Positions 12,735 through 28,325 of a stretch of DNA of 64,000 nt are shown here, piece after piece; the stretch's first letter is position 1, and each line of letters opens with the position of its first letter. Origin of the DNA: Octopus vulgaris (Eukaryota). Under the pieces are notes generated by a model that saw only the letters and a program-made list of their open reading frames with translations, had not been told where the DNA came from and did no database searches. The stretch is from the NCBI GenBank assembly GCA_951406725.2, contig OX597817.1:169322001-169386000 (forward strand). Reading direction: 5' to 3'. Made by a program: the position numbers and the translations under genes.

Positions 12735-13152
12735 TGTATGTATGTATGTATGTATTTGTCTTTGTGTAAATGAGGGTACATACACACATGCATGCATACA
12801 CACACACATAATGTATATGTGTGCACCCACACGCGCGCGCACATACATACACATATACATACATACATACGTGTATATAAGAACACGGAAAATATCCAGG
12901 GACGTCTGTTGCATGTAACTAATAAAGTAAGTGCTAATGTACTTACTATAGTAAACCAAAAAATTTCAATCTAAATAATATTACAGCATTCGTATGGACT
13001 TTTAAATGACCAGTTTTGATTTTAAAAATATATATAATAAATGAAATAAAAAAAATTACAGGGGAAGACAACTCCAAAAGTTTAATTAATTAAAATTAAT
13101 TAAATATGGGTTGCAATGGTGAGTCTGATATTTGGGAGTACGATGACAATTT

Positions 13153-13190
13153 GAGGCATGTTTCGGTCTTATTAGACTTCATCAGCGAAG
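13153..13190 (-). ncRNA. Degenerate minimal hammerhead motif
   Basis: Minus strand CUGAUGA-AGUCU-AAUA-AGACC-GAAA-CAUGCC. The cleavage triplet is mutated. Confidence 0.45.
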
Positions 13191-14189
13191 CATAATCTAA
13201 TTGTGTCTACCAGCTTCTAGAACAATGTGAGATAGGATTTTTGCGACTGAAAATAAAACGTTTTGAATTAAGAGAACTACCGGGAGGTGGGGGGGGGGGA
13301 CCTACGGACACCCACTGCATGACAGCTTAACAATAAAGTGGTTCCTAGACTGGTTTGATGTGGTAAACCAAGAAATTCTAAATTAACCGACATCACAGAC
13401 TTAATGATGAGAACAATCATTAATTAAAATGACCAATTCTTATGACTTTGCGCTGCGTTCCTTGGCTGAAGTAAGAGGGATCCCTTGAAAATTTTGCTGC
13501 GACGAATAGAGTGAATAAAATACTGTAAGACCTAAAAACCTATCTGTATCAACGGGCTGTTACGCGGCTAGTAACGTATAGTAGGGTCTCAAAAACTCCC
13601 CAAGAAACTCATGTGTGTAATATCCTTTACTGATATATATATCCTTGAAGTATGTTTATAATATATAAGTTCTTTCGTCGTCACAGGCAGCTGATAGTTT
13701 GAGGCGAAGTTCTCATGCCAGTCGGTCAGTTGCTTATGTGTATGAAAAGAAGAGGGGAAGACACGTTTCTTTTTTCTCTATCCAGCAGTGGAAAGAACAA
13801 TGGGTGATTTGATGTTTGTATGAATGCATGCATGTTTATATGCACGTATTATGTGTATGCGTGGCGTGTGTGTATATAAGTACATATGCAAATGCTCACA
13901 CTCATAAATAAATAATTATCTATTAATCTATATTCTCTTAAATCTTTCTCCCTCTGTGTATAGGGTATAATATATGGAATGCATATATAATATATACACA
14001 CATACATACATACGTATGTATACGTATGTATGTATATATGTATGTTTGCATGTATGTATATATGTACGTACGTTCGTATGTATGTATATATATATATATA
14101 CGTTTATACATATGCCTATATATAACACACACATACACATATATACACACACATATTTATAGTAGAAATATATAATATATATGTGTGTA

Positions 14190-14207
14190 TATGTATGCAT
14201 GCGTGCG

Positions 14208-14239
<32 letters not shown>

Positions 14240-15150
14240 TGTATGTATGTATGTATGTATGTATGTATGTATGTATGTATGTATGTATGTATGTATGTGT
14301 GTATGTATGTATGAATGTATGTATGTGTGTATGTATGTATGAATGTATGTGTGTATGTATGTATGAATGTATGTGTGTGTGTATGTATGTATGTATGTGT
14401 GTATGTGTGTATGTATGTATGTATGTGTGTATGTATGTATGTATGTATGTATGTATGTATGTATGAATGTATGTATGTGTGTATGTATGTATGAATGTAT
14501 GTATGTGTGTATGTATGTATGAATGTATGTGTGTGTGTATGTATGTATGTATGTATGTATGTGTGTATGTATGTATGTATGTATGTGTGTGTGTATGTAT
14601 GTATGAATGTATGTATGTGTGTATGTATGTATGTATGTGTGTATGTATGTATGAATGTATGTATGTGTGTATGTATGTATGAATGTATGTATGTGTGTAT
14701 GTATGTATGAATGTATGTGTGTGTGTATGTATGTATGTATGTATGTATGAATGTATGTGTGTGTGTATGTATGTATGTATGTGTGTATGTGTGTATGTAT
14801 GTGTGTATGTATGTATGAATGTATGTGTGTGTGTATGTATGTATGTATGTGTGTATGTGTGTATGTATGTATGTATGTATGTATGAATGTATGTATGTGT
14901 GTATGTATGTATGAATGTATGTGTGTGTGTATGTATGAATGTATGTATGTGTGTATGTATGTATGTATGTATGTATGTGTGTATGTATGTATGTATGTAT
15001 GTATGAATGTATGTATGTGTGTATGTATGTATGAATGTATGTGTGTGTGTATGTATGTATGTATGTGTGTATGTGTGTATGTATGTATGTATGTATGTGT
15101 GTATGTATGTATGTATGTATGTTTCAATGTCTGTATGTACGTACGTATAT
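14190..15150. repeat. (TATG)n array with TGAA/TGTG variants
   Basis: Directly visible. Confidence 0.97.
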
Positions 15151-15565
15151 TCCACCCAGAGGAACACGCACGCTACACAAGACATGTTTGTACAAGGTCA
15201 GCAGAAATCTCCAGGATTCTGTAGTGATTTGTGTGTGTGTGTGTGTGCGTGCGTGCGTATGTGTGTATATCCCACTGGAATTAGTTACCGTTATCTTCTC
15301 CAGGAAGACCTTAATTCTAAATATCTTGGAAATCCGGTACCTATGCTACAAAGTGAGGCAAGAGTTCTGGGCCTACCCAACGACATGCCTTCAGAAGATT
15401 TCGAACGCAACACACCAGCTTTTCCTCCTCAGCCGTCACCACTCGCCTATTCTAACTCTATACACATGCCTACATTCACAGACGTACGCATTATGCAAAG
15501 ATATCTCACTACACACTTACATATAAATATACGCGCATAATATAACATGATATAATATAATATAA

Positions 15566-15966
15566 TATTTATATATAAAAGTGAAGTTGTGTGCTGTCTG
15601 TCTCCTACGATTTAGATTCCTAACTACTCCCACATTTTGCGGTGCAGTTTAACCAAAACCGGGTATCTTATAGTCGTGATTCATATCGAGCCCTTCTGGG
15701 TATTAGCGCGCGTCTACGATGAGTCTACGATTAAAAAAAAAAATTACCATCATTTTTTTCCATTTTAATGCATTTTTTCGCTATTATATAAGGGAAGTAA
15801 CTCTCTAAAAATGTCTACAATGAGTCAACGATTTAAAAAAAAATTTACCATAATTTTTTTTCCATTTTTAATGCATTTTTTTGCTATTTTTTGGCTATAA
15901 CTCTCTAAAAATGCTTATATAGTTATTTCCCTTACAAAACCGAGCAACGCCGGGCGATACTGCTAG
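15566..15966 (+). mobile_element. Non-autonomous Helitron, copy 1
   Basis: 5' tatatataaaag, subterminal hairpin ccgagcaacgccggg, 3' CTAG|T. Second copy at 54545-54929. Confidence 0.8.
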
Positions 15967-16308
15967 TATAATATAATATAAGTGGGTATGCATGTATGCT
16001 TCTGCGTGTATAACCAACTTTTTCTACATGAATGCAAATCATGCAATGCATTAATTGAACGCAAATAGGAATTCAGATTTGAATACAAATCTATTTTTTT
16101 TATGGGAGACACCTGGAAAAAGGGACATTACAAGTACTACATACTCGACATCAATTATATAACTTTGAGTTTTTGCATTGTGTGCTCTACCTTAAGCAGC
16201 AGAAACCGTTCCCGATTCAAATACATAAACATACATACAAACATACATACTTATACACACACCAGCACGGACGTATATGTGTATATTCGTCTCAAAATTC
16301 ACGATTGT

Positions 16309-16332
16309 CTGACGAACGGTTACGTGAAAATC
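16309..16332 (+). ncRNA. Minimal hammerhead-like motif
   Basis: CUGACGA-ACG-GUUA-CGU-GAAA-AUC. Related to the motif in the hairpin loop at 24624-24666. Confidence 0.35.
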
Positions 16333-16399
16333 TAACAGTTTGCGAAGTGTTTCTAGTTTCAGGAAAATACCACATATATATACACTCATATATATTACA

Positions 16400-16451
<52 letters not shown>

Positions 16452-16738
16452 AATTGAGATAGGGGTTGTAAATGCAATCTATACTTATAATGTAATCTAT
16501 ACTTATATTTATATTTACTTATATTTATATTCTCTTTTTTATATATATTCTACTTATTATACAACATTACTCTTTTATGTACACTTTTTTTATGTACATG
16601 CCTTTGTGTACACTGATTTCTTCTATTTTTTTATGTTTAACCCTACAGTCTCTTATGTGGTGGTTTAATAAAGTATGTGATTGAGTATTATCTGGTAATT
16701 GATATTTGATTTAGATGTATTTCTCCATTTTCTTATCT

Positions 16739-16788
<50 letters not shown>

Positions 16789-16921
16789 TGCGGAAATGCC
16801 TTAGTGCCTTTTTACGCCCCATGGTCGTAACTTCAACCGTGCTTTTTCTGTTGTAATTTTTGATACCCAGGTATCGGTTATCATTTGAATTATCCGTAAT
16901 AAGATAATTCATTTATCTACT

Positions 16922-17023
<102 letters not shown>

Positions 17024-17189
17024 TATATATTTATATATATATGAGAGGTTTTGGTATGTAGAAGACCCAAAGAGTGGCAGGTAACGCTAAGCAAGTGCTA
17101 TGGACGGACTGTAGTTAAACTCTTGGTTCGATAGTGATACGAGTGAGCAGTCTAATGGGGGTCTTGTATTAGCATGCATATATATATAT

Positions 17190-17310
17190 TAGACAAAATG
17201 AGATGACAAAGGCAAGGCTGTGAGGAGTTTTCGGGGTATTTACCTTTTTCCTTATAAATGTCCTGAAAACTCCTCACACCCTTGGCTTTGCTATTTCATT
17301 TTGTCCAATA
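17190..17310. repeat. Imperfect inverted repeat (~55-bp arms), probable inverted Penelope pseudo-LTR
   Basis: Arm agacaaaatgagatgacaaaggcaaggctgtgaggagttttc and its approximate complement. The right arm is homologous to 58175-58238. Flanked by (TA)n. Confidence 0.65.
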
Positions 17311-17649
17311 TATATATACATACATATAGACAGATACACAGACACATATATCTTATACTGGTTTCAATCGTTGAGCTGTGGCCGTGTTAGGATATCCCCC
17401 ACTTCTTCTAGGATATAGTTAATTATACTGATCTCAATACATATTTTATCGACCCCGGAAGGACGAAAAGTGAGAGAAGAGACTAGGACGGGATTTGAAC
17501 TCAGAAAGGGGGAAAAAAAAAAAATGATTCTGCCGTTCGCTGTCCATATATTTGTATGTACGTACAGAAAACATACACTTATTCAGACACGCGCACACAG
17601 ACATAAATATATGCATATACGATGATGAAGTGTTCAAACCGGAGAACTG

Positions 17650-18290
<641 letters not shown>

Positions 18291-20254
18291 ATACATACAC
18301 GCACCTCCAACTACAACCGCCACTGTCATCAATCCAATACGTTACCACCGTCACAACTACATCACCACCACTACCATGACCACCACCACCACCACCGCCA
18401 CCAATACTACCATCGCCAACGCCACACCCACCACAACTACACTGACTACCACCACACAACTACTACTATTTGTGCTGCCACCACAACTACTACCTGTAGC
18501 ACCATAACTACTACCTGTAGCACCACCACCCCATACACAGACACGCGTAACCATTACCACTACCACCACCACTTCAATTATGATTACCACTTGTATCAGC
18601 ACCATCACTACCATCTATGCCACAGTCACCACTACTACCACAACCACCACTACTATCATCACCACGACCTCACACACACACACACAGTGCTACTACCACT
18701 GCTACTGTCACCACCACAACACCATGACCACTAAACTACTAGCCCCACCTCACAACCATCAGCATCACTGCGATAACCACCACCACCATTGCCAACACCA
18801 CCACTGCCAATAAATACAACCATTATAAAGGCGGTGCTCCAGCTTGGCCGCAGTCAAATGACTGAAACAAGTAAAAGAGTAAAAAGAGTATTACAAACCA
18901 CCTTAACAGACACCACTACCACCACAACCACAACCACTGTTATGACCTCCGTCACAATTCGAACCACTGCCGCCGCCACCGCCAACAACAACCATTATCA
19001 CCACCAATACGACGACCTCGAGCCAATGAGGAAATCTCTACGTAGTTCACCATGTCTGCTAGAAATAGCAGTCAAACCTCCTTCAAAATTGCACACCGCT
19101 GACTTAAGAATGGAAGGCCGCATTATATAAAGCAGACCCAGATATATACAAAAGGCATGATGGTCACGACCGGGTTTCTTTTGTTCATTGGTTTTCTCCG
19201 TATGGATTTACTCTGAGGTTAAGCAACAACAAAAGCAGTAAATGGATGAATGGATATCGATGGCAGTAGTATTCCCCCGAAAGCCGTGTGACTGTGTGTG
19301 TGTGTGTGTGTGTGTGTGTATTTGTTTGAGTACATTTATGGTGTGTGTGCGTGTGTATGTTAATGAGAGAATGTGTGCGTGTATGTGTTTATGTGAGTAT
19401 ATGTTCTTGATAAGAAAGAATAATAATAATAATAATAATAATAATTGTGTACAGTGCTCAGGTGCACTACAACTCATCTAAAGTGTATATATAATCAGGT
19501 GTAGTTTCGGCGGATTTCGGAAAGCATGAGGGCCTTAAAGGATGCAGTGTATGTGTGTGTATGCTCCTTAATGTGTGTGTATGCTCCTTAATGAAAGAGG
19601 ATGTGTATAAGTATGTGTATAACTGTGTGTTATTAATGACTGTATATGAATGTAATATAATGTATGTGTGTGTACGCATATGCGTGGGAGGAAGCGAGAG
19701 AGGAGCAGGGACGAAGAGAGGAGAAGTATGAATTAAATTAGTGTAAGTATCTATATGAGAGAGTGAGTGAAACAATGAATATATGTGTGTGTGTGTATGA
19801 GTATATATGTATGAGGAAGTGAATGTGTGAAATTGAGCGTGGAATATACAGAAAGCGAAAGTGAAAGTTGTTGACATCGTTTCATGGCCTCAAGTCATCA
19901 GCAGAGGATAGAGCAGACATACAATCAAAAGCGTTCCAGACGAGACCATCCTGGCTTGCTCCTCACCATATCATCTTTTAATACAAGTATCATGTGAACT
20001 GAAAAAAGCTTTAGCTGTTATTTTTGGCAGGTCGCGTGAGGATTGAGAGATTCCCTTGAGATTGTATGTTTTTTTGTTTTTTGTAGCTTTTCTCTAATCA
20101 ATTCAACCTGAGCAGACTTATGATAGAAGGAACTCCAAAAGTGACCATCTCATTTGTTTAGGTATTACATTATACATGTCATTGACTTTTTTCCCGGATG
20201 ATAGGGCGTTAGTTGAGAAAGTTTGATTTATGCGTATGCATACGAGTGTATTTT

Positions 20255-20326
<72 letters not shown>

Positions 20327-20350
20327 GATATGTGTGTGTATGTGTGTGCG

Positions 20351-20714
20351 GGGCACCTTGGGTGTCTTCTACTATAGCCTCGGACCGACCAAAGCCTTGT
20401 GAGTGGATTTGGTAGACGGAAACTGGAAGAAGCCCGTCGTATATATATATATGTGTGTGTGTGTGAGTGTGTGTATGTGTGTGTATGTGAGTGTGTGTGT
20501 GTGCGTGCGTTTGTACCCTCGCCATCGCTTGACAACCGATGCTGGTGTGTTTATGTCCCGGTAATCTAGCAGTTCGACAAAAAAAAAAGACCGATAGAAT
20601 AAGTACTAGGCTTACAAAGAATAAGTCGTGGGATCGATTTCTTCAACTAACACCCTTCAAGGCATGGTCGCAGTCAAATAACTGAAACAAGTAAAAGAAT
20701 ACAAATAAAAAAGA
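20351..20714 (+). mobile_element. SINE family A, 5'-truncated
   Basis: Matches the body and tail of the family A consensus. Confidence 0.85.
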
Positions 20715-20722
20715 ATATATAC

Positions 20723-20781
<59 letters not shown>

Positions 20782-20842
20782 TACACTACTTTAATTCATA
20801 CTTCTATATTTTTCTCTTTCCATATATATGTATTAAGAGATG

Positions 20843-20875
<33 letters not shown>

Positions 20876-20917
20876 CGCACTCGCGAGCGTGGACATCAGA
20901 ATAAACAAAAAATAGAG

Positions 20918-20981
<64 letters not shown>

Positions 20982-21409
20982 GGGTTGAGATGCGAGAGTG
21001 GAAAGAAAAGTCTATTGAAGTGTTTCAAAGAACACAGAAAACGACCGATCAAATTGTCAATGATAATTCATTCATGTGCTGTTAGTTCTCTCTACCTCCA
21101 CTAGATGTCACTGTTGCACTACTCAGCTCCGTAAATAATCATCGGAGTTGGACCCGTCTTAGAGAGTAAATTTCAGTATTTCCCCTCCACGTACATCCTC
21201 ATCACTCAGCCTAATGAATAATTCCCCCCCCTATTCTCATACATAGATATTCCATTCCGTTCAATTTAATTTCGGCTTCGGTTTTCTATTGAAATACCTT
21301 TTTATGTTATAGCTGAAGAAGTGGCGGGTGACATTGGCTTCTAGATGAGTCGTATCTACAGATCGGTTTCAATTCCGTTTGATGTCGATTCCACTTCACT
21401 TAAAACTGT

Positions 21410-22013
21410 CAGCGCTGGATTAAACATTACGCAAAATAATCCCCATGCTAACCACAGAAATGGTAAATGGTTTATGGCACGAAAACGAGTCTCTTTAAAC
21501 TTGCTGAAATAATATTTGTGATGCCTTATCTCTTCTAAAAATAGAAGCAGGTGTGTTATATAAGATTAATTTTAAGGATCTGATTTTAAGGACTTTGCAA
21601 TTCAAAAAAGTAGGAGAAAACTTTTTGAATCTAAATAATTGGAAGTATAAAGTGGCTGTGTGGTAAGTAGCTTGCTAACCAACCACATGGTTCCGGGTTC
21701 AGTCCGACTGCGTGGCATCTTGGGCAAGTGTCTTCTGCTATAGCCCCGGGCCGACCAATGCCTTGTGAGTGGATTTGGTAGACGGAAACTGAAAGAAGCC
21801 TGTCGTATATATGTATATATATGTATATGTGTGTGTGTGTCTGTGTTTGTCTCCCTAGCATTGTTTGACAACCGATGCTGGTGTGTTTAGGTCCCCGTCA
21901 CTTAGCGGTTAATTTTGAGACCGATAGAAAAATTTATGGTTTATTATTGTTTATATTTTGAATTATAAATACAGTATGGGGACAGGGCTTCTATGGGTCT
22001 TAATCCGGCCCTG
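21410..22013 (+). mobile_element. Deleted hAT (Tip100/ZMYM-like) DNA transposon with a SINE A insertion at 21651-21929
   Basis: Termini cagcgctggattaa / ttaatccggccctg. 21480-21625 translates to a decayed hAT C-terminal dimerisation region (LNLLK*YL...LSLLKIEAGVLYKINFKDLI). Diverged second copy at 23760-23960. Confidence 0.6.
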
Positions 22014-22907
22014 TATAATGTTACTGGGCATAGGAAAGGTATGAATGCTATATAACCACACCTCATTCCACATACTTTTGGTCATTGTGGTCATACATAC
22101 ACACATACATGTATGCACGCACGCATGCACTAACACACACACACACACCGAGAGACTTTCCAAATATTTCAATGGATCCACCATTAGTCGTCTGATCTGT
22201 GAGAAATTCAAAATCCAAATAAATGTTGGATAGTGATTATCCTAATTAAATTAAAATGCCTGCATGTATACAAGTGCAGGAACGAAATTTGCTTAGTGGG
22301 TTCAAACCCAGGATGTTTAAAAGCGTTTCTTTGCCCCACAGAAAGTTTAGGGAGTGCACTTGCACCCACTGTTCCCGGGCCTATGTGCATGTCTGCTTCT
22401 GTTTTTAATAATTTGAAGACTTCCTGTAAGGTAAGAATTGGTTTCTAACAAAGACACAAAGCTGCATCGTTGGAATGTAGATGACAAAAGCAATCTTACA
22501 GTTTGAATTCGTGAAAAGTCTTACATATTTTCACTGTTCCACTTATCTTACTGTCGAAATGCTAAGTTACGTGAACGTAAACAAACCGACATCGACTGTA
22601 AAGCGGCAGGATAGGAGTGACACACATACATACACGTATACACGCCTACCAAATTCGGTCACAAGGCCACAGTAGAAGACACTTGCTCAAGGTGTCATGC
22701 ACTGGGACTGAACCGGAAACAACGTGGTCACAAAACGAGCTTCTTAACCACCAAGCCACAACTGCTCTTATACCTTAAGCATGATACCTTAAGCAAGTGT
22801 CTTCTACTATGGCCTTGTAACTAAATTTGGTAGGCGTGTATGTGTGTATGTATGCGCGTCACTCCTATCCCACCGCTTTACAGTCGATGTCGGTTTATAT
22901 ATGTATG

Positions 22908-22999
<92 letters not shown>

Positions 23000-23003
<4 letters not shown>

Positions 23004-23166
23004 TCCTCCCTCTCCTTGTTTTTTTCTGTGTATTTTTCTGTCGAAGAGCGTAGGCTCGAAACGTAAAAGACTTGTTTTATTTCTATTCCTGAGCGCCATA
23101 CTAATACAATTGTTTGTTTGTACTCCACCTGCCTTCGTCTTTTGTTTATCTTCGTAAACCTTCCCG

Positions 23167-23168
<2 letters not shown>
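23000..23168 (+). mobile_element. Penelope-like pseudo-LTR remnant with variant hammerhead at 23038-23065
   Basis: CUGUCGA-A-GAGC-GUAG-GCUC-GAAA-CGUA. Flanked by (TA)n. Further copies at 1-73, 52016-52190 and 56449-56625. Confidence 0.6.
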
Positions 23169-23215
<47 letters not shown>

Positions 23216-23264
23216 GTGTGTGTGTATGTATGTATGTATGTATGTATGTATGTATGTATGTATG

Positions 23265-23484
<220 letters not shown>

Positions 23485-23759
23485 AAAGAACCCCAACTAA
23501 TGCCTGTGCCGGGAGGGTTTTATTTATTCTCACATTTTTCCTTGGTATTTTGGAAAATTCCAAACATTTAACATGGCGCCTCGTAGTCCGTGGCGTTCTA
23601 CGTGACTAACCGAGTTACCAGTACCTTCATCTGGTCCTCTGAACATCACAGCTTCCATTCACCAATTGCCTGTAGTGCAGTTGGCGGGGATGCGAGCGAG
23701 CGGTCCGTTTCGGTCGACGCTTTGGGGGTCTGCTGTATAAATATGTATAAGCTTGGAGT

Positions 23760-23960
23760 CAGCACTGGATTAACCATTAAGCAAAATAAGGGCATCACAG
23801 AAATAATAAATGGTTTATGACACAAAAGAATTCATTTTAAACTTGCTAAAACGATATTCAGGATGGCTTATCTCTACAAAGTATAGAACCAGATGTATTA
23901 GGCAAGACTAATTTTGAGGATCTTTCAAAGAGTTTCGAATTATAAAAGAAGCTTTTCAAA
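23760..23960 (+). mobile_element. Second decayed hAT derivative
   Basis: Alignable by eye with 21410-21620. Confidence 0.55.
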
Positions 23961-24293
23961 CATAAATAAAGTGGAAATAAGCAAAAATAAACATTATTTT
24001 CCATCTTACTGTTAGTTTTGTCTCATTTTGAAAAATGATATATGTATATATGTATATATATAATACAAAATGGGACAAGAACACAAAACATGCAGACAGG
24101 TGATACAAAAAAGGGACAACAAAACATCGAGATAGACGATACAAAGAAAACAAGGATGGGTCATTCAGAGTTCCAGATTATCTTTGCAATTTCGGCTGGT
24201 TATACTCGAGATTATATATATATATGACCGTGTGTGTATCATTGGCGATTTTTTATCTCCATCTTCCCTTCCTTGGATCTTTGCTTTTCCTAT

Positions 24294-24328
24294 GTTTCTG
24301 ACGAAGAGCTCCGCTCGAAACGTTAAAT
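24294..24328 (+). ncRNA. Minimal type I hammerhead ribozyme motif within pseudo-LTR remnant 24226-24437
   Basis: GUUU-CUGACGA-A-GAGC-UCC-GCUC-GAAA-CGUU|AAAU, with palindromic AACGUU helix III. Confidence 0.6.
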
Positions 24329-24432
24329 CCTCCTTCTTTCTTTATTTTCCCGAACGTTCAATAACACTATACTTGTTCCACGTCCTCGCATTGTTGTGTT
24401 TTCTCTTTGTGTTTTCATGTTTGGATTAACTT

Positions 24433-24515
<83 letters not shown>

Positions 24516-24585
24516 CGGAGTAAACACATAAATGTGAAACAAGGTGGAGAAATGAGTACTCAAATACCAGTGGTAGAGTAATATG

Positions 24586-24704
24586 CTTTATTTAAAGCAG
24601 CAGAGAATTCAACAAAACCTGTTACTCTGAGTTTCCCGTTGCCGTTCATCGGACAGTTTTTGCTAGAACAGGTTTTGTTGAATTCTCTGCTGCTTTAAAT
24701 AAAG
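24586..24704. repeat. Perfect 38-bp inverted repeat with 43-nt spacer
   Basis: 24586-24623 is the exact reverse complement of 24667-24704. Confidence 0.95.
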
Positions 24705-24749
<45 letters not shown>

Positions 24750-24762
24750 TATAAATATATAC

Positions 24763-24811
<49 letters not shown>

Positions 24812-24890
24812 CATATATATATATATATTTATATATATACATATATATATATTATATATATACATATATATATATACATATATATATATT

Positions 24891-25493
<603 letters not shown>

Positions 25494-25760
25494 TATATAT
25501 ATATAATGAGATAGGGGTTGTAAATTCAACCCTCGAGACATACCTATCTTCATGGCCGAAACAGCTGTCAGTTATAATGTAAATGTATTTTTATATCTTG
25601 TTATATTTATTTAGTTATATCTCACCATATTGTTTGTAATTAGTGTACTGTATTAATGTCTAATCTCTTTGCTATTGTGTAGTGTTTTAATAAAGTATAT
25701 GATTCGGTATTATCTGATAGTTGATGATTGATTTAGATATATTTCTCCATTTTCTCATTT

Positions 25761-25795
<35 letters not shown>

Positions 25796-26219
25796 TGCTT
25801 AGGGCGTCTGTGAGTCTTAATCCTGTCTTTGCTTGGAGTCAGGGGATGGAGGCAAATTTAAAAGGCTTCTGTTACGTCACTTTAGTGACGTTACTGTCAG
25901 TCGCTAACAAGTAGGTGAAACTGAATCGTCGTGTGTAACTTCCTTACCACTGGAGACCTTTAACCGTTCGTAAGTAAATGCAAGTCTCAACTAGTCAATG
26001 GGGAAGAGGATGTCGGAAGATCGACCGTTTCTTCAGTCGATAAGGATACATTAATCAATAAGGATAGATATGAATATATTGGTTCTTTAACCAATAGATC
26101 ATTGCTAAAACATGTTGACCACCATAAAAATATATTCTTTGAATCAATAAATAATGAGTTATAGACTCTTTGATGTTGTTACTCTGTGTATGAGCGCATG
26201 CGCACTTGTGTGCATGTAA

Positions 26220-26736
26220 TGTATGTATGTATGTATACATACATACATTCATACATACATACATTCATACATACATACATACAAACATACATACATACAT
26301 TCATACATACATACATACATACATACATACATACGTACGTACATACATACATACATACATGCATACATACATACAAACATACATACATGCATACATACAT
26401 ACATACATACAAACATACATACATACAAACATACATACATATATACATACATGCATACATACATACATACATACGTACGTACATACATACATACAAACAT
26501 ACATACATACATGCATACATACATACATACATACATACATACATACATACATACATACATACATACATACATACATACATACATACATACAAACATACAT
26601 ACATACATACATACATACATACATACAAACATACATACATACATATATACATACATACATACATACATACATACATACATACAAACATACATACATACAA
26701 ACATACATACATACAAACATACATACATACATACAA

Positions 26737-26767
<31 letters not shown>

Positions 26768-27087
26768 CATACATACATACATATATACATACATACATAC
26801 ATACATACATACATACATACATACATACATACATACATACAAATATACATACATACATACATACACACATACATATTATAAAGAGAGAGTGAGAAAGAAA
26901 GAGATAGATAGACATTTACATTCACACACACATATATATACATAGATAATTGATATTTACACACACATACTATATACATATATATGTACGTATGTATTAT
27001 ACACATATAATACATACATACATACATACATATATACGTACATACATACATACATACATACATACATACATACAATACATACATACA

Positions 27088-27121
<34 letters not shown>

Positions 27122-27990
27122 CATACATACATATATAATATATATACATATAAAGAGAGAGAGACATAAGAGAGAAAGAGATAGACAGATAGATAGATAT
27201 TTACATACACACACACACACACATACATACATACATACATACATACATACATACATACGTATATACATATGTATGTACGTACGTATGTATGTATGTATGT
27301 ATGTATGTACGTATGTATGTATGTATGTATGTATGTATGTATGTATGTATGTATGTATGTATGTATGTACATGTATGTATGTATGTATGTATGTATGTAT
27401 GTATGTATGTATGTATGTATGTATGTATGTATGTACGTACGTATGTATGTATGTATGTATGTATGTATGTATGTACATACGTATGTATGTATGTATGTAT
27501 GTATGTATGTATGTATGTATGTATGTATAGTATGTATGTATGTATGTATGTATGTATGTATGTATTTATGTACGTACGTATGTATGTATGTATGTATGTA
27601 TGTATGTATGTATGTATGTATGTATGTATGTATGTATGTATGTATGTATGTATGTATGTACGTATGTATGTATGTATGTACGTATGTATGTATGTATGTA
27701 TGTATGTATGTATGTATGCATGTATGTATGTATGTATGTATGTATGTATGTATGTATGTATGCACACATGTATGTATAAATGTATGTATGTATGTATGTA
27801 TGTATGTATGTATGTATGTATGTATGTATGTATGTATGTACGTATGTATGTATGTATGTATGTATGTATGTATGTATGCATGTATGTATGTATGTATGTA
27901 TGTATGTATGTATGTATGTATGTATGTATGTATGTATGTATGTGAGTGTGTATGTATGTATGTATGTATGTGTGTAAGTATGCGTGCGTG
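26220..27990. repeat. (CATA)n array followed by its complement (TATG)n
   Basis: Strand switch at about 27265. Confidence 0.97.
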
Positions 27991-28109
27991 TATGTGTGTG
28001 AGAGAGAGAGAGGACGGAGTATGTGTGTGGTTCAATAAGTACTCGACCTAAAGGATAAATTAATCAATGAATAAATATATATATTCACATTATATGAAGT
28101 TCAACATTA

Positions 28110-28112
<3 letters not shown>

Positions 28113-28149
<37 letters not shown>

Positions 28150-28154
28150 TGTGT

Positions 28155-28243
<89 letters not shown>

Positions 28244-28290
28244 TGAGTGTGTGTGTGTGTGTGTCTGAGTGTGTGTGTGTGTGTGTGTCT

Positions 28291-28325
<35 letters not shown>
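28113..28325. repeat. (GT)n microsatellite
   Basis: Directly visible. Confidence 0.97.
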
